The notes under the pieces: model-generated
The model's database searches: none
What the model saw: the letters and a program-made list of their open reading frames with translations, nothing else
What the model was told of the DNA's origin: nothing
Assembly (NCBI GenBank): GCA_045046875.1
Contig: JASFYY010000059.1
Coordinates: 1 to 49,931, forward strand
Source of the DNA: Verrucomicrobiota bacterium
GTDB lineage: Bacteria; Verrucomicrobiota; Verrucomicrobiia; Verrucomicrobiales; DEV007
Direction: 5' to 3'
Length of the DNA stretch: 49,931 nucleotides
Position numbers and translations under genes: made by a program
Shown here: positions 27,988 through 37,700 of the stretch, piece after piece
Position numbering within the stretch: the stretch's first letter is position 1
Layout of the letters: every line of letters begins with the position of its first letter

Positions 27988-30702
27988 TCAACCTCCCCCG
28001 TCCCGGTATCTAAAGGGATAAGACTTCACCACTTCCCGGATCAAAGTCCGGGCGTGGTAGTTGTCATCTTTGACTTGCTCAAAAATACGACGCAGCTCAG
28101 CTTCGTCGTAATACTCCAGCTTGCGCCCCAGCGCATAACTCAACATCCGCGCGCAGAGATTTTTCACAAACTCATCCTGACGCTGCAACAAAACTTGCTT
28201 GAGCTCCACCGGTCCGTCAAAAGCCTTGCCGTCGGGCATCACGCCTGAACTGTCCACCGCCTTACCCGCCTCCTCATCCCGCCACCTGCCGATGGCATCA
28301 AAATTCTGCAGCCCAAAACCAATCGGATCCAGCTTCACGTGACAGCTCATACAAGACTTGCGGGTTCTATGCAGCTCAATCTCCTCACGCAAGCTTTTGC
28401 CCCGGGCCTCTCCCGCATCTCCCGGCAATTCCCCCGCATCCCCCGGAGGCTCGCCCAGATGATCCCCCAACAGTCCCTCCAACACCCAGAACCCCCGTCG
28501 CATCGGATTGGTTCTGGCCGGCGAGGAAGTAACCGTCAACACACTGCCCATCCCTAACAAACCTCCTCGCCTTCTATCATTCAACGATACTCGCTGTAAG
28601 GCCTCACCTTTCACCCCGGCGATACCATAATGTTGCGCTAGACGTTCATTCAAATAGGTCCAGTCAGAATCCAAAAACTCAGTCAGCGGACGGTTCTCGG
28701 TAAAAATGGTTTCAAAAAAACGTAGCGTTTCCTCCTTCATCAATTCCCCCAAATCAGCCGTAAACTCCGGAAAACGCTGAGCATCGGGAACCACCGTCTT
28801 GCCCAACGAATCAATCCCCAACCACTGACCGGCAAAAGAACGGTAAAAGCTACCGGCGCGCCCGCCATCCAACATGTTATCCACCACCTGATCCAATACG
28901 ACGTCATCACTCAAATCACCCGATTTTGCCAAATCAAACAAATGGTCATCCGGCATCGTTGACCACAAAAAATAAGACAAGCGCGAAGCCAGGGTGAAAT
29001 CATCCAATCGCTCAACCGCCCCCTCCCCACTACCAACACCATACTCCTCACGAAACAAAAAATCCGGCGAGCCCAGACTCGCGATCAAAGTCAGTCGCAA
29101 AGCATCTCTCACAGATTCCTTTCCCTCCCTCAAGCTCTGATACAATTCCTCATAACGATTCAATTCCTGCTCGCCCAAGTTCCTGCGGAAAGCCCGTGGC
29201 AAAAAAACCGCTAACAAGTCTCTCACCCCCTCGTCACTCTGATCCCAAGCCCGTAACAAGTTCAACAAAGACCCCGGTGAAGCTATGACTCCAGCAATCA
29301 AGCCCCCTTCATCGGGCAAAACCGGCCCTTCTATTTTCACCGTGCGCAAATAAACCTTACCCTGATAATCCATCCAGTCTCTCCACTGCACCGCACTCAC
29401 TTGTTTTAACAGCAGGGCATTATCCTCCAACCTCGTTTGATTTTGTTTTTTCCACAAGCTCTCCAAGCCCCCCTTCCCCAATCCCGCCTTCAGCGCCAGA
29501 TCCATGCGGGCGAGCCGCAGCGCCTTGTCCCTTTTTACCGCATAAGTCACAAAACGATCGATCTCGCGGGAGTCTCCCTCGACCCCCAAAAGACGCAACC
29601 ACTCATAAGCTTCCTGCACTCCCGCCGAACGCTCATTATACAGATCTCTCGCAGTTTTCAGCTGGGCATTCTCATTAGGCAAAACCTGCAAACGCGGCGC
29701 ATTTTCCTGCCCGCGTTGAACCGCCAAACCCGCCGCGTTGAGCGGCAGTTCCCTGTGGTGAGGAAATAGGTTTTTGTTTTCAATTGAAAAACGTTGCCGC
29801 CCCCGGCGCACATACATCACCGCATCTTCCAACTTCCCCTCTCTTGTGGTCGCTGAAACCGGAAGCTCTGCCGCCACCCGTCCCTCTACCCTAAGCGACG
29901 CGACCGTCGGTTTCCCCATCACCGATGCTTGTATTTGCACCCGGTAATAACCATCAACAGGAAAGTCGAAATCAGCACTCAACTCCTGACCCGGGTTGGC
30001 AAGAACCATCCCACCCTTATGAGGTTTCATTCGATCCTCCATGCTGCGCTCCATCTCCACCGCGCTATACCGCTGGGATTCTTTGAGCGGCGAAAAAACC
30101 AAGGCCATCACCGCATCCACCGCCCGTTCCGCCGCATCGAGGTATTTTTCCACCTTGGCTCCATCAGCACTCAAACCACTGCGATCATTGCGAAAACCAC
30201 TCGCTCCCTCTCCCTCTTCCCCGAAAGTTTCCCCCACTTGCAAATCGATACCAAGCAAATCCCTCATAGTGAAACGATACTGTTGACGGGAAAGTCGCGC
30301 CAACACCTCGCGCCCAGGACGTCGATAGTCTTCCCAATCCACCTCATCCAACATTTTCTCGATGCGTCCCAGCAAAACCTGCCGTTCGCTTGAGCCCGGT
30401 ACCAACTCAGCATCATCGGGTGGCATCTGCCCCTCACGAATGTGAAACAATACCCGATCCCACACCCGTTTTCCCTTCAACACGGATTCAACCGTATCAA
30501 ACTGATCCAACCTGAGCTTTTTTTTAGCTTTTTTCTCCCCGTGACAATCAAAACAATAACGCTGCAAATCAGCGTGCAAAGCCACCGGCAGCGCATCGAC
30601 AACGAGACGGGAACGATCTGGCTCGGCTTCGCCTTCAGCAGCCTGTGCCACCAGAAACAAGACCAGATGCAGCGCAAAAAAAACTATGGAAAAAGCTCGC
30701 AT
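27988..30702 (-). CDS. DUF1592-family protein (Planctomycete-type cytochrome c plus DUF1587/1595/1592/1588/1585 domains)
   Basis: CFDCH...MPP, RLSRQQY, LASRLSYFLWSTMPD, RRGGLLG, CMSCH..LDPIGF and YALGR. Confidence 0.92.
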   Translation of the reverse strand: MRAFSIVFFALHLVLFLVAQAAEGEAEPDRSRLVVDALPVALHADLQRYCFDCHGEKKAKKKLRLDQFDTVESVLKGKRVWDRVLFHIREGQMPPDDAELVPGSSERQVLLGRIEKMLDEVDWEDYRRPGREVLARLSRQQYRFTMRDLLGIDLQVGETFGEEGEGASGFRNDRSGLSADGAKVEKYLDAAERAVDAVMALVFSPLKESQRYSAVEMERSMEDRMKPHKGGMVLANPGQELSADFDFPVDGYYRVQIQASVMGKPTVASLRVEGRVAAELPVSATTREGKLEDAVMYVRRGRQRFSIENKNLFPHHRELPLNAAGLAVQRGQENAPRLQVLPNENAQLKTARDLYNERSAGVQEAYEWLRLLGVEGDSREIDRFVTYAVKRDKALRLARMDLALKAGLGKGGLESLWKKQNQTRLEDNALLLKQVSAVQWRDWMDYQGKVYLRTVKIEGPVLPDEGGLIAGVIASPGSLLNLLRAWDQSDEGVRDLLAVFLPRAFRRNLGEQELNRYEELYQSLREGKESVRDALRLTLIASLGSPDFLFREEYGVGSGEGAVERLDDFTLASRLSYFLWSTMPDDHLFDLAKSGDLSDDVVLDQVVDNMLDGGRAGSFYRSFAGQWLGIDSLGKTVVPDAQRFPEFTADLGELMKEETLRFFETIFTENRPLTEFLDSDWTYLNERLAQHYGIAGVKGEALQRVSLNDRRRGGLLGMGSVLTVTSSPARTNPMRRGFWVLEGLLGDHLGEPPGDAGELPGDAGEARGKSLREEIELHRTRKSCMSCHVKLDPIGFGLQNFDAIGRWRDEEAGKAVDSSGVMPDGKAFDGPVELKQVLLQRQDEFVKNLCARMLSYALGRKLEYYDEAELRRIFEQVKDDNYHARTLIREVVKSYPFRYRDGGG

Positions 30703-30742
30703 ACCTGCAACAAGATACGCTCGCTCAGCTCAAAAAAAACCA

Positions 30743-31390
30743 TCATTTACGAATTCCGGGAATCGGCCCGTAAGCCACCAGCTTGCTTTTGCTGTTGGGA
30801 TTCATCTCAAACACATCCACTCCCGCCCCATGGTAGCCCTCCACTCCCGATCCTCTCGCTCCAAACATATACTGCCGTCCCGTTTTTGGATTCTGACCGA
30901 GATAAATCATCACATGCGTCACCTTGTTCCCCGACCGATAAGTCTTGCCCCAGAAAACCAGGTCGCCGGGTTTCATCTTGGCGTAGGCTTTTTGCGGCGA
31001 ACTCCAGAAGCGCAGTTTTTTCAAAGCTCCCTTTTTAGCCAACCACTGATACTGGGTGTAGGAAGTCCGCGGCACATCGTGGATTCCCATGGTTTTTAAA
31101 ATATGCTGCACCGTAGCCGAACAATCCAACCCTCCAGACGAAGGATCCGCTCCGCCAAAACGGTAAGTCAACTTTTTCGCCGCCAGCGCATGGCAACGCC
31201 AACGCAATTCATCCACCCGCGACATCTGCGAAAAGTCCGGCCCCAAAACCGCTGCCGTCGCCACCGCAGTTAGTGGAGTCACCGCACCACCCCGCTGATT
31301 CTGCCCAAAAGCCAAGCCACCCCACATCCAAACACACACAAAACCCAACCATACCCTGTGATTCCCAACTGCCGCCCAGCACTCTTTCAT
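30743..31390 (-). CDS. NlpC/P60 (C40) cell-wall peptidase, secreted
   Basis: YRFGG...GLDCS, PRTSYTQY, PGDLVFW and THVMIYLG. Confidence 0.9.
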   Translation of the reverse strand: MKECWAAVGNHRVWLGFVCVWMWGGLAFGQNQRGGAVTPLTAVATAAVLGPDFSQMSRVDELRWRCHALAAKKLTYRFGGADPSSGGLDCSATVQHILKTMGIHDVPRTSYTQYQWLAKKGALKKLRFWSSPQKAYAKMKPGDLVFWGKTYRSGNKVTHVMIYLGQNPKTGRQYMFGARGSGVEGYHGAGVDVFEMNPNSKSKLVAYGPIPGIRK

Positions 31391-31672
31391 AAATCCAGTT
31401 TACCCTAAATTTATGATATTTTCAAATAATTCTAGTAAATCCCCAAAACGACCAAATTACATCTGCACTTCAATTGTCCGGCCGGACATTCAAAGTGCAG
31501 GTGATGATCCACTTGTTTGTCTTTTAAGGAGAGAACTCCAGTTTATTGCCCTTTTGCGCCTCTTTCCCATCAGCGACCTTCAGTGGAATCAGTGCTTATG
31601 ATTTTTTATCGTGAGGTGTGAGCCGTTTTTAGAGCATCTAAACAAAACCTTAGGCTCGCAGATCAACCCACC

Positions 31673-32284
31673 CTACGCCGCAGACCTCATCTCTTCCTCA
31701 CACCACACCCCGTTGAAATGCTGCTGCAAACCAGACTTCGCCCGGTGGATCAATACCCACAGGTTGCTCTTGGTGATATTCAGCGAACGCGTGATCTCCT
31801 CCGTGGACAAACCCTGGATCTCGCGCATGTGAAACGCTTTGCCCGAAAGGTCAGGTAATAAAGCGATGCCCTCGTCCAACTGCTCGATGAATTCATAACG
31901 CTCGGCATTTTTAGACGGATCAAAACGATCCCCCGCCACCGCGTGTTGATCCAACCACTTTTCATTGCCACGACTCTCATCCGCAGCATAACTTTCCAAA
32001 TCCGTCTCCATCATCAACGGTCGGCGCGAGGTCTTGCGGTAGTGATCAATGATCTTATTACGCAAAACGCCAGTCAACCAGGTACGCTCAGTGCAATCCC
32101 CGCGAAAACGCTCCCGTGCCGACCACGCCGACAAAAAGGTGTCCTGCGCCAAATCTTCGGCGATGCCATGATCCGACACTTTCTGGCGAGCGTAATTCAC
32201 CAGGTAATCCCGGTAGTCGCGAATCCAACTATCAGGCTTAAGCTGATGTTTGTTTTTTGATTGAGCAGTGTGTTTTTTCATCAT
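31673..32284 (-). CDS. ECF RNA polymerase sigma-70 factor (TIGR02943-like)
   Basis: AEDLAQDTFLSAW, TWLTGVLRNKIIDHYR and MREIQGLSTEEI...NLWVLIHRA. Confidence 0.92.
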   Translation of the reverse strand: MMKKHTAQSKNKHQLKPDSWIRDYRDYLVNYARQKVSDHGIAEDLAQDTFLSAWSARERFRGDCTERTWLTGVLRNKIIDHYRKTSRRPLMMETDLESYAADESRGNEKWLDQHAVAGDRFDPSKNAERYEFIEQLDEGIALLPDLSGKAFHMREIQGLSTEEITRSLNITKSNLWVLIHRAKSGLQQHFNGVWCEEEMRSAA

Positions 32285-32302
32285 TTCGCAGGCTTTATTT
32301 TT

Positions 32303-32320
32303 CTATACAGACCAGTCTGT
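32303..32320. promoter_or_regulatory. Putative TetR operator upstream of the ECF sigma gene
   Basis: ACAGACCAGTCTGT (32307-32320) has one mismatch to the palindrome upstream of the TetR gene and lies about 22 bp from the sigma start. Confidence 0.7.
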
Positions 32321-32353
32321 TTTTTTTCGGGTAAATTTTTTTAAGCATCTGGC

Positions 32354-32929
32354 TTATCTCAGCTTTTCCTGTTCGCAGCGTTCCAATGCAGCTCTTCTTG
32401 CCGCCTGCACTGGCCAGATCGCACGTAAATTCTGCGCTTCCATGGTCGCCCCTGAATACAAAAGGAAAAACTCATCCCCCACTTCCCGGGCACGGCTATC
32501 GCAGGCAGTGAATTGCCGGGCCAAATCCCTGAAAAAATCCCGGATGGACCCTTTGTGAGCTTCGATTTTAGTGTGAATCGACTCGCAGCCCTCACCTGTG
32601 ACCGAACTGGTATTAGTGAACGGACAGCCGCGAAAATGGCTTTGCTCCAGGAAATTCTCCAGAGCAGTGAAATACTCCTCAATCTTCTCCGCTGGATCGT
32701 CAGCAGAACTCAAAATTTCAGCACGAGCTAGCTTGGAGTTTTCGTGCATCGAATCCAGCCAAGCCACACACAACTGCTCCTTGGATGGGTAATGCTGGTA
32801 AAAAGTCGCTTTTGCGGTGCACGCCTCACCAATGATCTGGTTCACCCCCACCCCGGAATAACCCTGCTCATAAAACAGCCTGCCTGCCGTTTCGAGAATC
32901 CTTCCTTTTGCGTCTGCTTTTTTTGCCAT
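32354..32929 (-). CDS. TetR/AcrR-family regulator (NemR-like, six Cys, GCPF motif)
   Basis: ILETAGRLFYEQGY...KATFYQHYPSKEQL HTH; FRGCPFTN. Confidence 0.92.
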   Translation of the reverse strand: MAKKADAKGRILETAGRLFYEQGYSGVGVNQIIGEACTAKATFYQHYPSKEQLCVAWLDSMHENSKLARAEILSSADDPAEKIEEYFTALENFLEQSHFRGCPFTNTSSVTGEGCESIHTKIEAHKGSIRDFFRDLARQFTACDSRAREVGDEFFLLYSGATMEAQNLRAIWPVQAARRAALERCEQEKLR

Positions 32930-32944
32930 CCTGAAAACAAGATA

Positions 32945-32964
32945 TACAGACAGACCGGTCTGTA
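32945..32964. promoter_or_regulatory. Putative TetR autoregulatory operator overlapping the tetR promoter
   Basis: TACAGAC-N6-GTCTGTA, containing the perfect palindrome ACAGACCGGTCTGT. It overlaps the -35 box and spacer of a minus-strand TTTACA-N16-TATCTT promoter candidate. Confidence 0.75.
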
Positions 32965-32990
32965 AAGGTCTTTTTTTGTTTTTTCCTGAT

Positions 32991-33395
32991 TCAGCAGCCC
33001 TTTCTCAATCCTCGAATAAAATAAAATCCAACCCAATAGACAATAACAGCCACTATTATAGGTAACATTGCGGGGAAAATGATCGTTACCGTACTATGCC
33101 ACATAGGGTTCGAAGAGGAACTTGCGATCCCGTCCTTTAGCTTCCAACTGCCAAAAGACAAGTAAATCAAAACCGATGCACCCCCCAATACCGATTGGCG
33201 GCTAGAAAAAGATTTTACCGGAAGCTCTGGAAGAAAACACGCAATCAGAAATAAGATGAAGTAGCCGGGAAGAAAGAAAATAATCGAATTCTCTCCAAAT
33301 AACGAGGACAACGAAATAGCGCAGATCAACCAAAGCACCATCCCAAAAACGACGACCATCGATCTGGTGCTTTTGTTATGAATAAGCGCCTTCAT
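32991..33395 (-). CDS. Hypothetical membrane protein
   Basis: 134 aa, four hydrophobic segments, AT-rich. Confidence 0.65.
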   Translation of the reverse strand: MKALIHNKSTRSMVVVFGMVLWLICAISLSSLFGENSIIFFLPGYFILFLIACFLPELPVKSFSSRQSVLGGASVLIYLSFGSWKLKDGIASSSSNPMWHSTVTIIFPAMLPIIVAVIVYWVGFYFIRGLRKGC

Positions 33396-33529
33396 TTTTT
33401 TAAATGTTCAGCGACCTGGTGATTCCTAAAACGAAACCCTGCCGCTTTTAAATAAAATGATGATCCAATCGAAGACAGAAAGCAAGAGAACTCATCAGCA
33501 GAAAAAATTGCCTGATTCCCTTGGTTTGC

Positions 33530-33916
33530 CTAGGTCAGCTTTCGAAATTCTACCCGTTTTGATAGAAACATTACTATTATAGGTAAAGCGAAAACCCATC
33601 CCAACGGAAACGTCATCACGCTCCAACCTAACGCGATAGTGACCGACCACTGATAAAACCATCTCTCTCGATTTTTGAATCCGAAAAAGGCTAACAAAAT
33701 CAGCAGTGCCCCTACGCTTCCAGTCAAGATTCCAATCATTGCAGCCTCCAGCGCAATACCAACATTTTGCGATATAGCCTCGGCTGACGGTTCTTCAAGT
33801 GCATTGAAGGCACCAACCATGCCATAAGCTGTGAGCGCAAATCCCCAGATTGGACCGGTAAAAAGGGTGACGCCAACCAACCGCGACCCATCGACCACTC
33901 TTTTTCTTCTCCGCAA
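33530..33916 (-). CDS. Small membrane protein with a MotA/TolQ/ExbB-like segment
   Basis: GPIWGFALTAYGMVGAFNAL...ISQNVGIALEAAMIG resembles ExbB/TolQ TM2-TM3. Start uncertain (TTG). Confidence 0.6.
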   Translation of the reverse strand: MRRRKRVVDGSRLVGVTLFTGPIWGFALTAYGMVGAFNALEEPSAEAISQNVGIALEAAMIGILTGSVGALLILLAFFGFKNRERWFYQWSVTIALGWSVMTFPLGWVFALPIIVMFLSKRVEFRKLT

Positions 33917-34021
33917 TCAAATCAATTTCAGATGTTATCAAGGGAGCCGCATCCATTTTTTTACTGACGGTTAAAAAATCAACTTTGAAAGCGACTAGCT
34001 GATTGCACTGCTACGTTTCGC

Positions 34022-34315
34022 TCATGGTTGGCGTTCATGGATGATTTTTTCAATAGAGTCTGCATCTTGTATCAAATCGACAAGAGCCACCACAGTAATC
34101 CGCTTGGCAGTGTGACCGTAATAGATGCCATATCGCCTTTTTCTGCCAACCAGAAGTCTGCGCAAATTTGAAGAATGCCCAACCCTGCTCCCCATTTCTG
34201 GAAAAGCGCTGAGTAAACTTAGAGCGCCGTCGAGAGCTGCGGCAAATTCGACGGGCCGACTCGTCTCAGTATTCAGAAAGTCCTCCGCAGCAGAGCTTGT
34301 CCAAATAACCTCCAT
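34022..34315 (-). CDS. RelE/ParE-family type II toxin
   Basis: MEVIWTSSAAEDF, LSAFPEMG, LRRLLV, YGIYY and ITVVALVD; TAATG overlap with the antitoxin. Confidence 0.8.
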   Translation of the reverse strand: MEVIWTSSAAEDFLNTETSRPVEFAAALDGALSLLSAFPEMGSRVGHSSNLRRLLVGRKRRYGIYYGHTAKRITVVALVDLIQDADSIEKIIHERQP

Positions 34316-34536
34316 TACTTTGCTATTTCACCATCCCGGAGATCCTCCCATTTTATTCCAGTATCAGGATTTTCTTCAAAGTGGGCGAGACGCTTTTCAA
34401 GCATTCGGACGGCTTCAAGGGACAACTCCGGCGAATCCGTATCAGAGCCTGTCGCACTCCTCCAGAGTTCTCCTGCCAGAATCAGCTTTTGCTCCGCGTC
34501 TAAGTCAGCCAGTTCCGGATAATTTTCGACGATCAT
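34315..34536 (-). CDS. Addiction module antitoxin (TIGR02574-like)
   Basis: LDAEQKLILAGELWRS...LEKRLAHFEENPDTGIKWEDL pattern. Start set at ATG 34536. Confidence 0.85.
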   Translation of the reverse strand: MIVENYPELADLDAEQKLILAGELWRSATGSDTDSPELSLEAVRMLEKRLAHFEENPDTGIKWEDLRDGEIAK

Positions 34537-34778
34537 ATGTGACGATAATAGCATTCTCTGGTTGTGCAAAGTCATACTTTAATTCGTGTGACAGCGACGG
34601 CACAGAATACATCCTCCGTAGATTCCTTCGCATCACCGCCAAGTTCAAGCCGAACTTGTCCACTATAAGCTTTTTTACTTTGCCAGGTTCCCCTCCTAAA
34701 TGCATTGCACCTAGCGGGCAGTTGACACCAGCGCTCAAAGCGTTGAAACTTCGGTTCCTCCAAGAAAAACCACCTTTT

Positions 34779-37700
34779 ATGAAAAAACGCCGCTTCAGCT
34801 TGCCCGCTCCCTTACTCGTTCTTCTCACTGCCAGTTTTTGCCAGCTCTCGGCTTCCGCTGCTGAAAAGGAAAATCCCGCTACTCTGGCAAAAATCCATGG
34901 CGGAGCCGTGGTTCAACTGGGAGCGGCAAAAACCTCCGATGCGATCGCCCTGGCCAAAACCGGTCGTTACGTCATCAACCTGCTCGACACCAAAAAAGAC
35001 GCCGTGGCCAAAGCCCAGACAGCTCTGCATCAAAATCATATCTACGGAGTCGCCGCCGCCGAAACCCTACCCGACTACACCCATCTGCCCTACTCCGAAA
35101 ACCTGATCAACCTGATCATTGCCGGCCCGGTAGCCGCCGACCTTGGCGAAATTTTCCGGGTATTGGTGCCCGACGGAGCCATCGTTGTTACCGATCCTGG
35201 GGCGATCAACAACGACCGCTTGAAAAAAGCCGGATTTCTTAACATTCAGGAAATGACATCACCTGATGACGCCGATAAAAAATGGCTGGTAGCACACAAA
35301 CCCTGGCCCGGCAACATGGGGCACTGGACCCACCCGCGACATGATTCCAACGGCAATGCCGTCTCACCGGATACCGCCGTCGGCGAACCCCGCCGCATCC
35401 GCTGGATCGCGGGGCACTCGGGCAACGAAGTCGAAGGCATGGTCAGCGACGATGGACGCAACTTTTACGGCAATACCCTCACCCGCGATAGCTTCAACGG
35501 CTTCCGCCTGTGGCACCGTGACCTGGGACTGGCTCAAGACAAAATGGATCCGGCCACCTTCGACATGAAACGCTTGAACCGGAGCTTTGCCCGCCCCATT
35601 GCTACGGAGAAATACCTTTTTGCCGTCGCTTTTCCTACCAAAAACCTGGTCGCCATCGATGCGGTGACCGGTGAGATCATCCGCACTTTTCCCGAAATCA
35701 AAAGCCCGAAGGAACTCATCCAACATAAAGGCACGGTGGTCGCAACCGCCCAGAGCGGCATCTATGCCTTCAGCACTGAAACCGGAGACATCCTGTGGAA
35801 AAAAGAATCCTCCGCGCCGCGCACCATCGTTGCGGGCAGTGACCGGGTCAGTTACATCCAGGGAGAACCGCGCAAGGGAGAAAAATCCGAAGCCGTCACC
35901 GTCGACCTATACTCCGGCAAAGTATTGTGGAAAAACTCAGAATTTCCCTGGCTCGACAAAGTAAAACGCAGCGTGCTCTACGGCGATCAACTGACTTACG
36001 AAGTCTCCAGCTTCAGTAACAGTGATACTGATAACGGCATCCACATCGTTGATGCCAAAAACGGCAAGCTGTCCTGGGAGAAAACTTACGCCCCCGGCAT
36101 GAATCACGCTCGCCAGGCGCGTGCCATGTTCATCGGCGATGATCTTTGGATTCAACAAGGTGGCAAAGTCGATTACGACGATAAGGAAAAATCCAAATTC
36201 CAGGCAGTTGAAGTGGTATCCATCGACCGCAAGACCGGTGAAACCAAAAAAAGCTTCGCCGCCGGCCTCGGGCATTGCGCTCCGCCAGTGGCCACCGTTA
36301 ACATGATCTTCTCCGGGGTGGTCGAAATGACCAACCTGATCACTGGTGAACTGGTCACCAACTCGATCACCAAATCCAACTGCTCTAGCGAAAACGGCTT
36401 CATCCCTGCAAACGGGCTGATCTACGCCACTCCCAAACATTGCACCTGCTGGCCAATGTTGCGGGGTTACGTCGCCATGGCGCCCGAACATCCCGGACTG
36501 AAAAAAGGCACTTACCCGCCCGATCTGCCCGCTGACAAAATCCAATTCAAATTGACCAAAGAAGGCGCCCAGGCAGATGCCAAAGCAGCCAAAACCTCGG
36601 CATCAGACTGGCCGATGTATCGTCATGATGCCTGGCGCAGCTCCAGCTCCGCCAGTGCCGGCCCCAAACAAGGCAATGTTCTCTGGACGGCTGCCCTCAC
36701 CGAAAAACCAGCTCTGGCAGATTCCAGCCCCTTGAAATTCGACTGGAACGACAACCCTTTTGTCAAAGGCCCCATCAGCCCGCCGACGATTGCCAATGGC
36801 ATCGCTTATGTGGCCCGTCCCGACGCCCATGAAGTGGTCGCTATTGATACCGCTAGCGGCAAAGTCGCCTGGCGTTTCACTGCACGCGGACGAGTGGACA
36901 CTCCACCGACGATTCACAACGGTCTGGTTCTCTTCGGTGACCACGGTGGTTATGTGCATGCCCTGAGAGCTGACAACGGCAAAGCGGTTTGGCGTTTTCA
37001 AGCCTCCCCCATCGATGAGCGCATGGGAGCTTACGGCCAACTCGAATCCGCCTGGCCGGTTGCCGGATCGGTTCTGGTAATCGATGACAACGCTTATTTC
37101 GTCGCCGGACGCCAACAGCTCTCCGATGGTGGCGTGTTTATCTTTTCTGTCGATCCCATGACTGGAGAAAAACATTGGGCGCAAAAAATCAACAACATCC
37201 CACAGAAAAGCTACGATGGGAAAAACGACGAATCCTTCGGTTTTTACAAAAACTCGGGACTCGAATTTGATCCCGTCGATCTGCTGCACAAAGAAGGCGA
37301 CCGCATCGCCATGTCCCGTTGGATGATTTCGATGGACGGCAAAAGTGTTGATGTTGACACTTGGAACGGATTTGCCAAACTCAATACTGGCAACGGCACT
37401 GCCGTAGTACCTCGCGGAACCTGGACTTATGGTTTCCGTCAGGTTCACCGTTTTGGCGGAGAAGCTTACCGTCGCTCACTGAGCGCGTGGAAAGACAATA
37501 CAGTCGTCGGGGCTTATGACAGCACCACCGCCCTCTTCCGCAAGGATTTCGATGAAAAAAGCGTCAAAGCTTTTAATCGCAAATGGATCACCGGCTGGCA
37601 GGCAGCCCAGGAAGGCAGCAAACTGATGAAATCCAAAGGAGCAGGGCCCCGCCCTTTCCGCAGTGACCGGGTCGCCGCAGACGCCAAGTGGAAAGTCAAT

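Noticed and set aside
31500..31595. c-di-GMP-I or c-di-AMP riboswitch upstream of the NlpC/P60 gene (- strand GAAAGAGGCGCAAA)
   Set aside because: The required stems and remaining consensus are absent, and the pairing favours the + strand.
31413..31601. 62-aa + strand ORF as a coding gene or anti-sigma factor
   Set aside because: No Shine-Dalgarno sequence, no HxxxCxxC motif, and on the wrong strand for an anti-sigma. The region is better explained by RNA structure.
32991..34022. Integron attC sites between the small AT-rich genes (also considered at 48-142)
   Set aside because: No correctly oriented RYYYAAC...GTTRRRY pair with a supporting hairpin, and no integrase.
34125..34778. N-terminal 218-aa extension of the 1293-aa ORF
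   Set aside because: It overlaps the TA pair on the opposite strand, and a clear signal peptide starts at ATG 34779.
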